IMG/VR virus record: IMGVR_UViG_3300006224_000007 | Span: 13,151 to 77,150 of that record | Strand: one strand, 5' to 3' | Length of the DNA: 64,000 bases | DNA from: a virus | Shown: one piece after another, positions 8,996 to 17,730 of the stretch | How the letters are laid out: each line of letters begins with the position of its first letter | Position numbering within the stretch: position 1 is the stretch's first letter | Position numbers and translations under genes: made by a program | The notes under the pieces: model-generated | The model's input: only the letters and a program-made list of their open reading frames with translations | Told to the model about the DNA's origin: nothing | The model's database searches: none

Positions 8996-9185
8996 TATAA
9001 TTAAAATAGATTTAAAAGATGGAACGGGAATAGAACTTCGTATAAGTTTAGGCTTTGAAGTTCACGCTACGTCTACTGGAGTTTATATCATCTATAGATA
9101 TAATGTGTCAAAAACATCTCAAATAGCTTATATTCCTTACAAAGCTATTTTGAATTTTAAAGTTGTAGAAGAGGTTTATGAATGA
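8985..9185 (+). CDS. small beta-rich hypothetical protein
   Basis: coupled ORF. Confidence 0.4.
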   Translation: MLGNIIKIDLKDGTGIELRISLGFEVHATSTGVYIIYRYNVSKTSQIAYIPYKAILNFKVVEEVYE

Positions 9186-9841
9186 AAGTTATAATGAAAG
9201 CAAGAGTTGGCTCTCATCTTTATGGTCTTAACACAGAACATTCTGACGAAGATTTTCTTGGAGTCTTCATAAGACCTACAAGAGAAGTTCTTAGTTTCTT
9301 TCACAATGAAGAAACTTATGTCACTAAAGAGCCTGATACTACACTTCATGAATTGAAGAAGTTTATGTACTTAGCTGCTAAAGGAAATCCTACTATACTT
9401 GAGCTTTTATTTGTGCCAGAGTATGAAGTGTTAGAATATGAAGGACACATGCTTTTAGATTATAGAGATTGCTTTTTAAGTAATCATATAAGAGATTCCT
9501 TTGGTGGCTATGCTTATCAACAGGCTAAAAAGCTTCAGCAAAGAGAGGCAGAAGGATTAGAGGGATTCAATCCCGCAGTAAAGAATCGGTATGCTAAACA
9601 TGCTCGTCATTGTTTTAGGCTGCTTAGACAAGGTAAAGAGCTTCTGGAAATGGGTTGGCTTAATCCTAAGTTATCTAATCCAGAAGAGTATTTTGCTATA
9701 GGTGAACTGCCAACAGCCGAATTGGTAGCTAAATTTGTAGACGAATATGATGCCTTTCTTCAAGCTAAGTCTGTACTTCCAGATGAACCCGATTGGGAAC
9801 AACTTGATAATCTATTATTGTTACTAAGAGTAGGGATATAG
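9182..9841 (+). CDS. Pol-beta-superfamily nucleotidyltransferase (RlaP/YcgL-like)
   Basis: GSHLYGLNTEHSDED.LG motif, KGNPTILELL, KHARHCFRLL. Confidence 0.8.
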   Translation: MKVIMKARVGSHLYGLNTEHSDEDFLGVFIRPTREVLSFFHNEETYVTKEPDTTLHELKKFMYLAAKGNPTILELLFVPEYEVLEYEGHMLLDYRDCFLSNHIRDSFGGYAYQQAKKLQQREAEGLEGFNPAVKNRYAKHARHCFRLLRQGKELLEMGWLNPKLSNPEEYFAIGELPTAELVAKFVDEYDAFLQAKSVLPDEPDWEQLDNLLLLLRVGI

Positions 9842-9842
9842 A

Positions 9843-11006
9843 ATGAAAGTAATAGCAACTGAGAAATTACCTATCAAGTTATGGTTGGAAGACATAGAGG
9901 ATGGTGCTTTGGAACAGGCCAAACATCTTGCTAATCTTCCTTTCATACATAAGCATGTAGCAATCATGCCTGATTCTCATGAAGGATATGGAATGCCTAT
10001 TGGTGGAGTATTAGCTACCAAAGGTGTAGTAATTCCTAATGCGGTTGGTGTAGATATTGGTTGTGGAATGTGTGCTGTAAAAACTGACCAATACCAACAC
10101 TGGATTCAACCCGAACAGTACAAACAAATAATGGGTAGAATTCGGGAAGAGATTCCTGTAGGATTTTCTCACCAGGAAACTGCTCAACAAATTCGTGATT
10201 TGCCTGATGGTGTAGAAGAAGACTATGTTATTGCAAGACAATATCTTGCAGCCCAAAAACAAATTGGAACTCTTGGTGGTGGAAACCATTTTATTGAGAT
10301 TCAGTATGATGAAAAAGGCATGGTCTGGATAATGGTTCATTCTGGTTCTAGAAATCTTGGCAAGCAAGTTGCTGATGTGTATAATAAATGGGCGGTTCAT
10401 TTGAATGAGCGTTGGCATTCTCAGGTTCCTAAAGAATGGCAGCTTGCTTTTCTTCCTATTGAAGAAGAAGTAGCCAAGAGATACATCATTGAAATGCAAT
10501 ACTGTGTAGATTTTGCCTTAGATAATAGATTAAATATGATGAACAAAATCCAGGATATCTTTGCAGAAGTTCTTGGTGTAGTTGGCTATGGTGATATAAT
10601 TAACATAGCTCATAACTATGCTGTTTGGGAAAACCATTTTGGACAGAATGTTATTGTTCATAGAAAAGGTGCTACTCGCGCTAGAACAGGAGAGATAGGA
10701 ATAATTCCTGGTAGCATGGGTACTTCGTCTTATATTGTGGAAGGATTAGGAAATGCTGAATCGTTTACGTCTTGCTCTCATGGTGCGGGTAGGAGAATGG
10801 GTAGAAAAGAAGCTACAAAAAGACTGGACCTTAGTACAGAAATCGGAAACATGGACGCAAAAGGAATCATACATGGTCTTAGAAATCAATCAGACTTGGA
10901 TGAAGCGCCAGGAGCTTACAAAGATATAGATGAAGTGATGGAAAATCAAAAAGACCTTGTTAAGATTCTTGTTAAATTACAACCATTGGCGGTAATAAAG
11001 GGATGA
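9843..11006 (+). CDS. rtcB: RtcB RNA 3'-phosphate/5'-OH ligase
   Basis: MPDSH, VGVDIGCG, GTLGGGNHFIE, HSGSR, HNY, HRKGA, PGSMG, SHGAGR, DEAPGAYK. Confidence 0.95.
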   Translation: MKVIATEKLPIKLWLEDIEDGALEQAKHLANLPFIHKHVAIMPDSHEGYGMPIGGVLATKGVVIPNAVGVDIGCGMCAVKTDQYQHWIQPEQYKQIMGRIREEIPVGFSHQETAQQIRDLPDGVEEDYVIARQYLAAQKQIGTLGGGNHFIEIQYDEKGMVWIMVHSGSRNLGKQVADVYNKWAVHLNERWHSQVPKEWQLAFLPIEEEVAKRYIIEMQYCVDFALDNRLNMMNKIQDIFAEVLGVVGYGDIINIAHNYAVWENHFGQNVIVHRKGATRARTGEIGIIPGSMGTSSYIVEGLGNAESFTSCSHGAGRRMGRKEATKRLDLSTEIGNMDAKGIIHGLRNQSDLDEAPGAYKDIDEVMENQKDLVKILVKLQPLAVIKG

Positions 11007-11326
11007 AAAAGTCTCCGAAGATAAGAGTTACTAGAACTATTGATGAAGATATTAAATGGGAATTAGATGGTAGTTTAGAGAATGCCATTAAAACTCTTCA
11101 AACTTATTATGATAATCATAAAGATGATTTTGAAAATCTCTATCTAGAAATAGATACTTATTATGATTATGGTGATTCTTATGCTAAAGTTTCTCTCATT
11201 GGTAGTAGACCAGAAACAGATGAAGAGTATGAAAAAAGAATAAGAATTGATATGGAATATAAAGAAAGAAAAGTAGCAGAAGAGAAAAAACAATATGAGC
11301 AGCTTAAAAAGAAATATGAGCCGTAA
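11003..11326 (+). CDS. hypothetical protein
   Basis: coupled ORF; RPETDEEY...YEQLKKKY. Confidence 0.55.
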   Translation: MKKSPKIRVTRTIDEDIKWELDGSLENAIKTLQTYYDNHKDDFENLYLEIDTYYDYGDSYAKVSLIGSRPETDEEYEKRIRIDMEYKERKVAEEKKQYEQLKKKYEP

Positions 11327-11458
11327 AAATGTTATGTCCTGAGTGTGGTGGAGATAGAGTTCATAAAATCCAGGATAAGTCTGGAGAGAAGATTAAGCAA
11401 AAACGGTCTACTTTAATGATGTGTTCAGATTGTGGTTATACATTTAGACTAGTAGTAG

Positions 11459-12073
11459 TTGGAAAGGGTAAAGATGGAAGTCAAGCCTCTGATAGATGAA
11501 GAAGAGCCTAAAACTCAAGTGGTTGTCAAAGAGCGCACGAAGCAGTTTTTACAATTACCTTTAACTCGCCAGGAAATGATATTGACAGCGGCTATTGGTT
11601 ATGAGATAATGAATCAGCAGGAGAAACTGCTTAAAGCTCGTAGAGACAATGAAATCCGTCCTATTGTTGAAGGTGCCGCAGATGCTTATGGCATAGAAGA
11701 CCAGAATGGTCATTTGCATTTGGTTATGTCTTCTACCATAGAAGACCAGGAAGTAAATACTGAAGTAATTAGAACCAAAAGAATCTCTCGCACTTTGAAT
11801 AGTGTAAAAGCTGAAGCTCTCTTAAAAGAGAAAGGGCTTTATGAATCTTGCGTAATTCAAGTAATCTCTTGGGAGTTTGATGAAGAAAAGATTATTGAAG
11901 CTTATAATGCTGGTATGTTATCAGCGGGTGAGCTTGATGATATTTTCTCTGAGCGTATTGATTGGGCAACTAAAGTAAATACCGATTTGCCTGAAGTTAA
12001 AGAGTTAGAAACGATTCGCAAAGAGATAGAAAAAGCTAAGAAAGGAGAGTTACCAGAAATTGAGTCAAGTTGA
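11459..12073 (+). CDS. hypothetical protein
   Basis: 204 aa ORF. Confidence 0.6.
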   Translation: MERVKMEVKPLIDEEEPKTQVVVKERTKQFLQLPLTRQEMILTAAIGYEIMNQQEKLLKARRDNEIRPIVEGAADAYGIEDQNGHLHLVMSSTIEDQEVNTEVIRTKRISRTLNSVKAEALLKEKGLYESCVIQVISWEFDEEKIIEAYNAGMLSAGELDDIFSERIDWATKVNTDLPEVKELETIRKEIEKAKKGELPEIESS

Positions 12074-12314
12074 AGCTGAATTTTTACCTAATCATGTTTA
12101 TAAGATAGCATATAAGCCAGCTAGAAATGCGGGATATCACACTGGTCTTGATGTAGAATTAGTCTGTGCTAGTTGTGGTGGAAATCAATGGAGCTATCAC
12201 ATAAGAACTGGTACAGGTAAATTACCAGAAGACCAAATGAAATTAAAATGCACAGAATGTGGTCAGTGGTTTATCTGTAATAGAAAAGAGATAACTAAAA
12301 TTCTTGGGCTGTAA
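12060..12314 (+). CDS. Zn-ribbon protein
   Basis: CASC...CTEC. Confidence 0.5.
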   Translation: MSQVEAEFLPNHVYKIAYKPARNAGYHTGLDVELVCASCGGNQWSYHIRTGTGKLPEDQMKLKCTECGQWFICNRKEITKILGL

Positions 12315-12771
12315 AATGCATCTTTATCAAATAAAAGAACATGAAGTTCCCCTTTATACTCTAAGGTATCTTAAATATATCTTCGGTTCCTCTAGGAGTG
12401 CTGTAATTAACAAGGAAGCTAGAGGACATTTACCTCCAGCAAACTTCCGAAATGAGCAAGGAAACCGCTTGTATTCTATAGAAGACCTTGCTATAATTGA
12501 CTACATCTATAAAGAGGTTTGGCCTTATAAGCAGGGTATTCAAGTACCTGAGTGGGTTAAAGAATTGTCTGCCGAAGCCCTTGCACAAAGTAAGAGGGTT
12601 GTGGTAGAATATGGCAAGTCCTTGAATGATGACGATTGGAAAGAGCTTCATCAGAAGTACAGTCAGTTTAATCGGTTCAGAGTTCAGCTTTATATTGAAA
12701 GTTGGAGAAGAAGACTTTTAGACACAAATAAATTTTTTCCAGAACTAGTAGAGGATGAAAATGAAATTTAG
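12304..12771 (+). CDS. MerR-like HTH DNA-binding protein
   Basis: EARGHLP...RNEQGNRLYSIEDL wing motif. Confidence 0.55.
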   Translation: MGCKMHLYQIKEHEVPLYTLRYLKYIFGSSRSAVINKEARGHLPPANFRNEQGNRLYSIEDLAIIDYIYKEVWPYKQGIQVPEWVKELSAEALAQSKRVVVEYGKSLNDDDWKELHQKYSQFNRFRVQLYIESWRRRLLDTNKFFPELVEDENEI

Positions 12772-13021
12772 AGTTGGAGATTTAGTTAAAGTAAGAGACG
12801 ATTTGCCAGAGGATGCTCCAGCATATCAGGACCAGGATTATTTTGATAGCTTTTATAATACTGAGGACTTGCTCATACAAGTAATAAAACAGGTAAAGGG
12901 TGGTAGATTATTAATCCTAGATGAAAAAGATGAATGGGGTTTAATTCCAACAGAAATGGAAGTGACAGTAACACTCATAATTACTCCCCGTTTTGAAGAA
13001 AAAGAATTGGAGTTAATATGA
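12755..13021 (+). CDS. small SH3/KOW-like protein, array copy 1
   Basis: KFRVGDLVKV...FEEKELELI. Confidence 0.6.
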   Translation: MKMKFRVGDLVKVRDDLPEDAPAYQDQDYFDSFYNTEDLLIQVIKQVKGGRLLILDEKDEWGLIPTEMEVTVTLIITPRFEEKELELI

Positions 13022-13230
13022 GCTTTGAAATTGGTGATGATGTAAAAGTATTAAACTTTGATGCTCTTCCTCTTCCTAAGAATGAACAAGAGGAATTTAA
13101 TATGTATATTGGATTAGTAGGAACAGTTGTTGACATAATTGATGATTATGAATCTGTTACTCCAATTGGAGTAGAGTTTTCAAACTTACACTTTCTGTGG
13201 TTTGGGGAAAGCGAGATAGAAAAGGTATGA
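13018..13230 (+). CDS. small SH3/KOW-like protein, array copy 2
   Basis: FEIGDDVKV...GLVGTVV...FGESEIEKV. Confidence 0.6.
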   Translation: MSFEIGDDVKVLNFDALPLPKNEQEEFNMYIGLVGTVVDIIDDYESVTPIGVEFSNLHFLWFGESEIEKV

Positions 13231-13415
13231 ATCTAGAAGTTGGAGATGTTGTAAGAGTTAGCAATCCGACTAATTCAATGTTAAAAGAATTTTATTTAGG
13301 TGCTTTAGGTATAATCTCTAAGATTGCTAAGAGAAAAAACTATCCAATAGAAGGTAGGTTTCCAGATGGAGCTAATTATGCATTCAATGAAAAGGAATTG
13401 GAGTTTATAGAATGA
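13227..13415 (+). CDS. small SH3/KOW-like protein, array copy 3
   Basis: LEVGDVVRV...GALGII...FNEKELEFI; ATGA overlap gives start 13227. Confidence 0.6.
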   Translation: MNLEVGDVVRVSNPTNSMLKEFYLGALGIISKIAKRKNYPIEGRFPDGANYAFNEKELEFIE

Positions 13416-13603
13416 AGTTTGAACTTGGAGATAAAGTAAAGGTTTTAGATGCTTATCCTGGGTCTAGTGTAGCAAACTCTGGAGATATTGGAGTTGTAGT
13501 AGATAACACAGGAGCCTATTTTGAATTAGCTTTTCCAGTAAAGGTTACATTTAAAAAGGGCGATGAAATATTTAGAGAAGAAGAGTTGGAATTAGTAAAA
13601 TGA
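13412..13603 (+). CDS. small SH3/KOW-like protein, array copy 4
   Basis: KFELGDKVKV...GDIGVVV...FREEELELV. Confidence 0.6.
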   Translation: MKFELGDKVKVLDAYPGSSVANSGDIGVVVDNTGAYFELAFPVKVTFKKGDEIFREEELELVK

Positions 13604-13869
13604 AGGGAAATAATTTTGGTCTTCCGTTTGATTTTGAGCCAAAGTATAATTTAGATAGAAACTATCTTACTTGTATTAATCTTTTTAAGCCGGGTGATAT
13701 AGTGACTGTTGAACGGTCAATAACGGAAGATACAAAAGATTTGATTGGAGCATCTGGAATATTAGCAGAAACATTTTCAGGAGTTTGTTTGGTAAGATTG
13801 TTTGGAAGTAATCGTGCTATTGTGTTTCATAACTCAGAATTGAGGTTTTATAATGAAACAAGGATTTAG
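13600..13869 (+). CDS. small SH3/KOW-like protein, array copy 5
   Basis: FKPGDIVTV...GASGIL...FHNSELRF. Confidence 0.55.
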   Translation: MKGNNFGLPFDFEPKYNLDRNYLTCINLFKPGDIVTVERSITEDTKDLIGASGILAETFSGVCLVRLFGSNRAIVFHNSELRFYNETRI

Positions 13870-14119
13870 TGCAGGTTGTTCTCTTGAAGTCACACTCAAA
13901 TTTGCAGAGTATGAAAATCTCAAACCAAGTTTTTGGTGTGGTATCTCAGAAGAGTGGGAAACAGAAGAACCTGTTTCTTATGATAATCTTAAAGTTAAAA
14001 TTTCTACTGTACAAGATATGTGTAGAACAATTTGTGAAGAAAAGATAGACACAGACATTTACGATGTAAAAACTGTCAAAGTCTTTGAACAAATAAACTA
14101 CAAAAAGAAAGGAAAATAA
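13853..14119 (+). CDS. hypothetical protein
   Basis: ORF upstream of SSB. Confidence 0.5.
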   Translation: MKQGFSAGCSLEVTLKFAEYENLKPSFWCGISEEWETEEPVSYDNLKVKISTVQDMCRTICEEKIDTDIYDVKTVKVFEQINYKKKGK

Positions 14120-14122
14120 ATT

Positions 14123-14752
14123 ATGGGTAATTGGTTTAGTAAAGGTTTTGAGGAAGCGGAAGCGCAGGTAGCAGCAAATACAGGCAATTGGACTAGAGAG
14201 TTCTTTCTGAAAAGTAATGAAGAGGCTAAGGGTGTTCGCATCCTAGATGAAGATTCTACTAATATTCGTGACCATTTTGTAAAAGGCAAGGGTTGGTATA
14301 CTTGTATTCAAGGTATTGGTGACGAAAATTGTCCGTTGTGTGAGGCTGGAAACAAAGCTACAAACCACTTCGTTTTCAATGTGTTTGACCCTAGAGAATA
14401 TACTGACCGTAAGGGTGAAACTCATAAAGACCAAGTTAAAATTTGGAGAGTAGGTATTACTCTTCTTCGTGTGCTTAATAAAAAGCGTAATAAGTACGGT
14501 CCTTATCCTACATGGATTATGGAAGTCAGTAAAATAGGTTCTGGTCAAAGTACAGCCTGGAATATTGAAATTGAAAAGGCTGAGAAAGAGTTCAAACTTT
14601 CTGAAGGTCAAGAATTGTATGACCTAGAAGAAGTTTTAGCTCCTAAGACTAGAGCAGAATTGTTAGCTGTTCTTAGTGGCGCTCCTACATCTACTTCTGA
14701 TGATGAAGATGATGGAGACGATGAACCTATCGACTGGAAAAAGAAACTATAA
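14123..14752 (+). CDS. single-stranded DNA-binding protein (gp32-like)
   Basis: H..C....CPLC Zn site, FNV.D, acidic C-terminal tail, next to the polymerase. Confidence 0.7.
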   Translation: MGNWFSKGFEEAEAQVAANTGNWTREFFLKSNEEAKGVRILDEDSTNIRDHFVKGKGWYTCIQGIGDENCPLCEAGNKATNHFVFNVFDPREYTDRKGETHKDQVKIWRVGITLLRVLNKKRNKYGPYPTWIMEVSKIGSGQSTAWNIEIEKAEKEFKLSEGQELYDLEEVLAPKTRAELLAVLSGAPTSTSDDEDDGDDEPIDWKKKL

Positions 14753-14758
14753 AGGAAA

Positions 14759-14796
14759 GGGGGAAGCTGATAGCTTGGCTTCCCCCACCTTTTTTT
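14759..14796 (+). terminator. intrinsic terminator
   Basis: GGGGGAAGC...GCTTCCCCC stem followed by ACC and T7. Confidence 0.75.
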
Positions 14797-14813
14797 CTCA
14801 AAAGAAAAAATAA

Positions 14814-16712
14814 ATGATTATTTTAACTGAAGAAGCATTAGATAATGTATTAGAAACTCTATCAACTTCTGAGTTGATAGCCTTTGACTTTGAGACAATG
14901 CCATCAGGCTTATATCCTGACGTTGATAAAAAAGAAGCTTCTATTCATCACAAAATGCTAGAGATTGAAGGTCTTGCTCTAAGAAGTGAAAAACTTGAGC
15001 CTGTGTACATTCCATTTACCGATACAGAGGTATCGAGAATATATCTAGTAGAGCAATTAAAGAAGCTTTTTAGTCAGGATTCTCTGTTCATAGCACATAA
15101 CATACAGTTTGATGCTAAAGTAGCAGATTACTTTCTTGGAGCAAGACCTAAAAATAAATTCTGTACGCTTGTTGGCTACTGGTATCTTGATGAAAACGTT
15201 CCAAAGGATGCCAAAACTCTTGCCAAAAAACATTTTGGCATGGATATGATTTCTTATGATGAGGCTAAAAAACTTTCAAAAGAAGAATTCTATGAATATG
15301 CCAAAAGAGATGCTCAAGCTACTTACTTGTTGTATTTCTTTCTAAAAGAAAATCTTGAAAAGAAACATTGGCATTTAGCATCTACAATAGAGATGCAATT
15401 TATTGACGTTCTTATAGATATGACTTTACATGGAACGCCTTGTGACCTTGATTACCTTAAAAAAGGTGAAGAGCTTCTTACCAACAAGGCAATAGAACTA
15501 GAAGCTAAAATCCATAGAGAGCTTGGAGAGTTTAACATTGGTTCTACTCAACAACTTTGTGAAAAAATCTACGGAATAAAAATTAAAAGAACTAAGGCTG
15601 AAGGTTTAACTCTAACTAAAGTAGACGATTATAGTTCCAAAAAGTATGCCAAGGTTATAGATACAACTGAAACTGGTGCGCCTAGCACAGATGAAAAAGC
15701 TTTATCTAAATTAAATACTCCTGCTGCTAATCTCATAAAAGAATATCGTGGGATAATGAAGCTTCTTTCTACCTATGCCATAGGATATCAGAAGTATGTT
15801 ATTGACAATAGAATTTATCCTACGTTCAATAACTCAGGCAAGGAATCATTCCAATATGGTACAGTAACAGGAAGATTAAGTTCTGCTGCTCCCAACATGC
15901 AAAATATTTCTCATGAAGCTACAGAAGGATGGTGGCTAAGAGAAGCTATTTATGCTCCTGAAGGATATGATTTAATTGTAGCTGATGAATCCCAGCTAGA
16001 AGTACGATTGCTTGCTCATTTTAGTAAGGATGAATATTTAACTCAGGCTATTAGGTCTGGAGAAGATGTTCACTTAGCGACAGCAAAGCTTATTTTCAAC
16101 AAAGATGATATTGATAAGGAAGAAAGACGCTTTGCCAAGACCATGAATTTCTCCATAAGTTATGGTCAAGGAATAAATGCTATTGCTGAAGCCTTGAAAG
16201 TTACTCCAGCAGAGGCAAAACAGTTTAAATATGACTATTTTGATACGTTTCCTGGTGTAGATGATTGGGTTACAAGGGTTGGGAATAGGGTTGTAAATCC
16301 AGAAAATGCTGACCATCATGTTATAACTATAATTGGAAGAAAAAGAAGATTTCCAGAGATACCAGCATTACAGATTTTGCCAACTGATTCAGAAGAAGTA
16401 TACAAATATAAAAGAGGGCAACTAGCTAGAGTTAAACGTCAAGCTGTTAACTCTATTATCCAAGGCTCTGCTTCTGACGTTTTAAAAATGGCTATGGTAT
16501 GGATAAGCCAGGAGTTTAAAAACAAACAATTAGACGCACATATAATTCTTCAAGTTCATGATGAACTTGTGATAGAATCTAGAAAAGACTATACAGAACA
16601 AGCTATGGAGATAGTCAAGAATCATATGGAAAGACCGTTTGAAGACGAGCTAGATGTTCCCCTAGAAGTTAAGCCGATGAAAGTTAAAAAATGGAGTGAG
16701 GGAAAGGATTGA
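14814..16712 (+). CDS. polA: family A DNA polymerase with 3'-5' exonuclease
   Basis: DFET, HNIQFD, YAKRDA exonuclease motifs; TGRLSS, DESQLEVR, RRFAKTMNFSISYG, QGSASD, QVHDEL. Confidence 0.95.
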   Translation: MIILTEEALDNVLETLSTSELIAFDFETMPSGLYPDVDKKEASIHHKMLEIEGLALRSEKLEPVYIPFTDTEVSRIYLVEQLKKLFSQDSLFIAHNIQFDAKVADYFLGARPKNKFCTLVGYWYLDENVPKDAKTLAKKHFGMDMISYDEAKKLSKEEFYEYAKRDAQATYLLYFFLKENLEKKHWHLASTIEMQFIDVLIDMTLHGTPCDLDYLKKGEELLTNKAIELEAKIHRELGEFNIGSTQQLCEKIYGIKIKRTKAEGLTLTKVDDYSSKKYAKVIDTTETGAPSTDEKALSKLNTPAANLIKEYRGIMKLLSTYAIGYQKYVIDNRIYPTFNNSGKESFQYGTVTGRLSSAAPNMQNISHEATEGWWLREAIYAPEGYDLIVADESQLEVRLLAHFSKDEYLTQAIRSGEDVHLATAKLIFNKDDIDKEERRFAKTMNFSISYGQGINAIAEALKVTPAEAKQFKYDYFDTFPGVDDWVTRVGNRVVNPENADHHVITIIGRKRRFPEIPALQILPTDSEEVYKYKRGQLARVKRQAVNSIIQGSASDVLKMAMVWISQEFKNKQLDAHIILQVHDELVIESRKDYTEQAMEIVKNHMERPFEDELDVPLEVKPMKVKKWSEGKD

Positions 16713-16747
16713 TAGGTCTAGTTGAAAAAATTAAATCCAACTTTGAT

Positions 16748-16882
16748 GTGCGGAAACCGGCCTTGCAACCTCCCGCTACAGTACCGCTAGGACGCGCTAC
16801 AGCACCGCTACAGCGCGTCGGTTTCGCGCCGGTAGTATCGGACCTATGCCACCGCGCCGCCGATTCTAGCGTGTCTGCGCTC
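16748..16882. repeat. GC-rich island with four phased CGCTA repeats and inverted repeats (candidate origin or protein-binding site)
   Basis: 85 of 130 nt are G+C over 16751-16880; CGCTA at 16774, 16785, 16795, 16806; GACGCGCT/AGCGCGTC stem. Confidence 0.7.
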
Positions 16883-16884
16883 TA

Positions 16885-17457
16885 ATGCTAAAAGAAAAGG
16901 AGAAACAAATAAATAATGCATTGAAAATTTGGTTCTGTGGTTCACATGGTACAGGAAAGACTACTCAAATGGAGTACTTTTTGAGTATTCATCCTAACTT
17001 TAATCGCTTGGAAATGGAAAGGCGAAGCCTCTTAGAAGCTGGAATTATAAAAGTAAATAAGGATGCTGCTCCTTGGGATGAAATAGTAATAGCTGGAAAT
17101 GCTATGTTAGCTATGTTATCTACTTCTACACCATTTATTTCTGATAGAAGCTGGGTAGATAAATGTGCTTATTCTCAATGCCTACCATTTAAAAATGAAC
17201 TTCTTGATGCATATCATACTGTTAACACTAATGCTTTCTTTGGTTTTACCGAAAACGATAAATATTTTTACTTTCCTCCTATATTACCACTAGAAGATGA
17301 TGGCGTTCGTTCTCTTGACCCTCAATATCAAAAAGATATAGACTCTATGATTATATTTTATCTAGATTACTTTAAAATACCATATCATATAATGGAAACA
17401 ACAACTGTGCAAGATAGACATTTTGAAATAGAAAAGGTTCTAGGAACACTTAAATGA
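16885..17457 (+). CDS. P-loop nucleotide kinase (AAA_28 / NadR-kinase-like)
   Basis: GSHGTGKTT, FISDRS..D..AY, EDDGVR. Confidence 0.75.
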   Translation: MLKEKEKQINNALKIWFCGSHGTGKTTQMEYFLSIHPNFNRLEMERRSLLEAGIIKVNKDAAPWDEIVIAGNAMLAMLSTSTPFISDRSWVDKCAYSQCLPFKNELLDAYHTVNTNAFFGFTENDKYFYFPPILPLEDDGVRSLDPQYQKDIDSMIIFYLDYFKIPYHIMETTTVQDRHFEIEKVLGTLK

Positions 17458-17730
17458 AATATAAGGAATATGAAAGTGCATTCATAAGATGCCCTGAATG
17501 CGGTAATTATATAGATGAAGATTCTTTGATGTGCAAAAAATGTGGCTATGATTATTCGAAGGAGATAAGAAATGGCAAACCTAGTTACTCCAAAAATAGA
17601 ACCAAGGCGAAAAGATATTGTTAAAACATTTCAAGAGGTTTGTACTGGCTTGACAATTCTTTTCTCCTACAGTATACTGTGGTTATTAATTGGAGCGTTA
17701 GGTTATAGAATTTTCTTATGGGTGTTCTAA

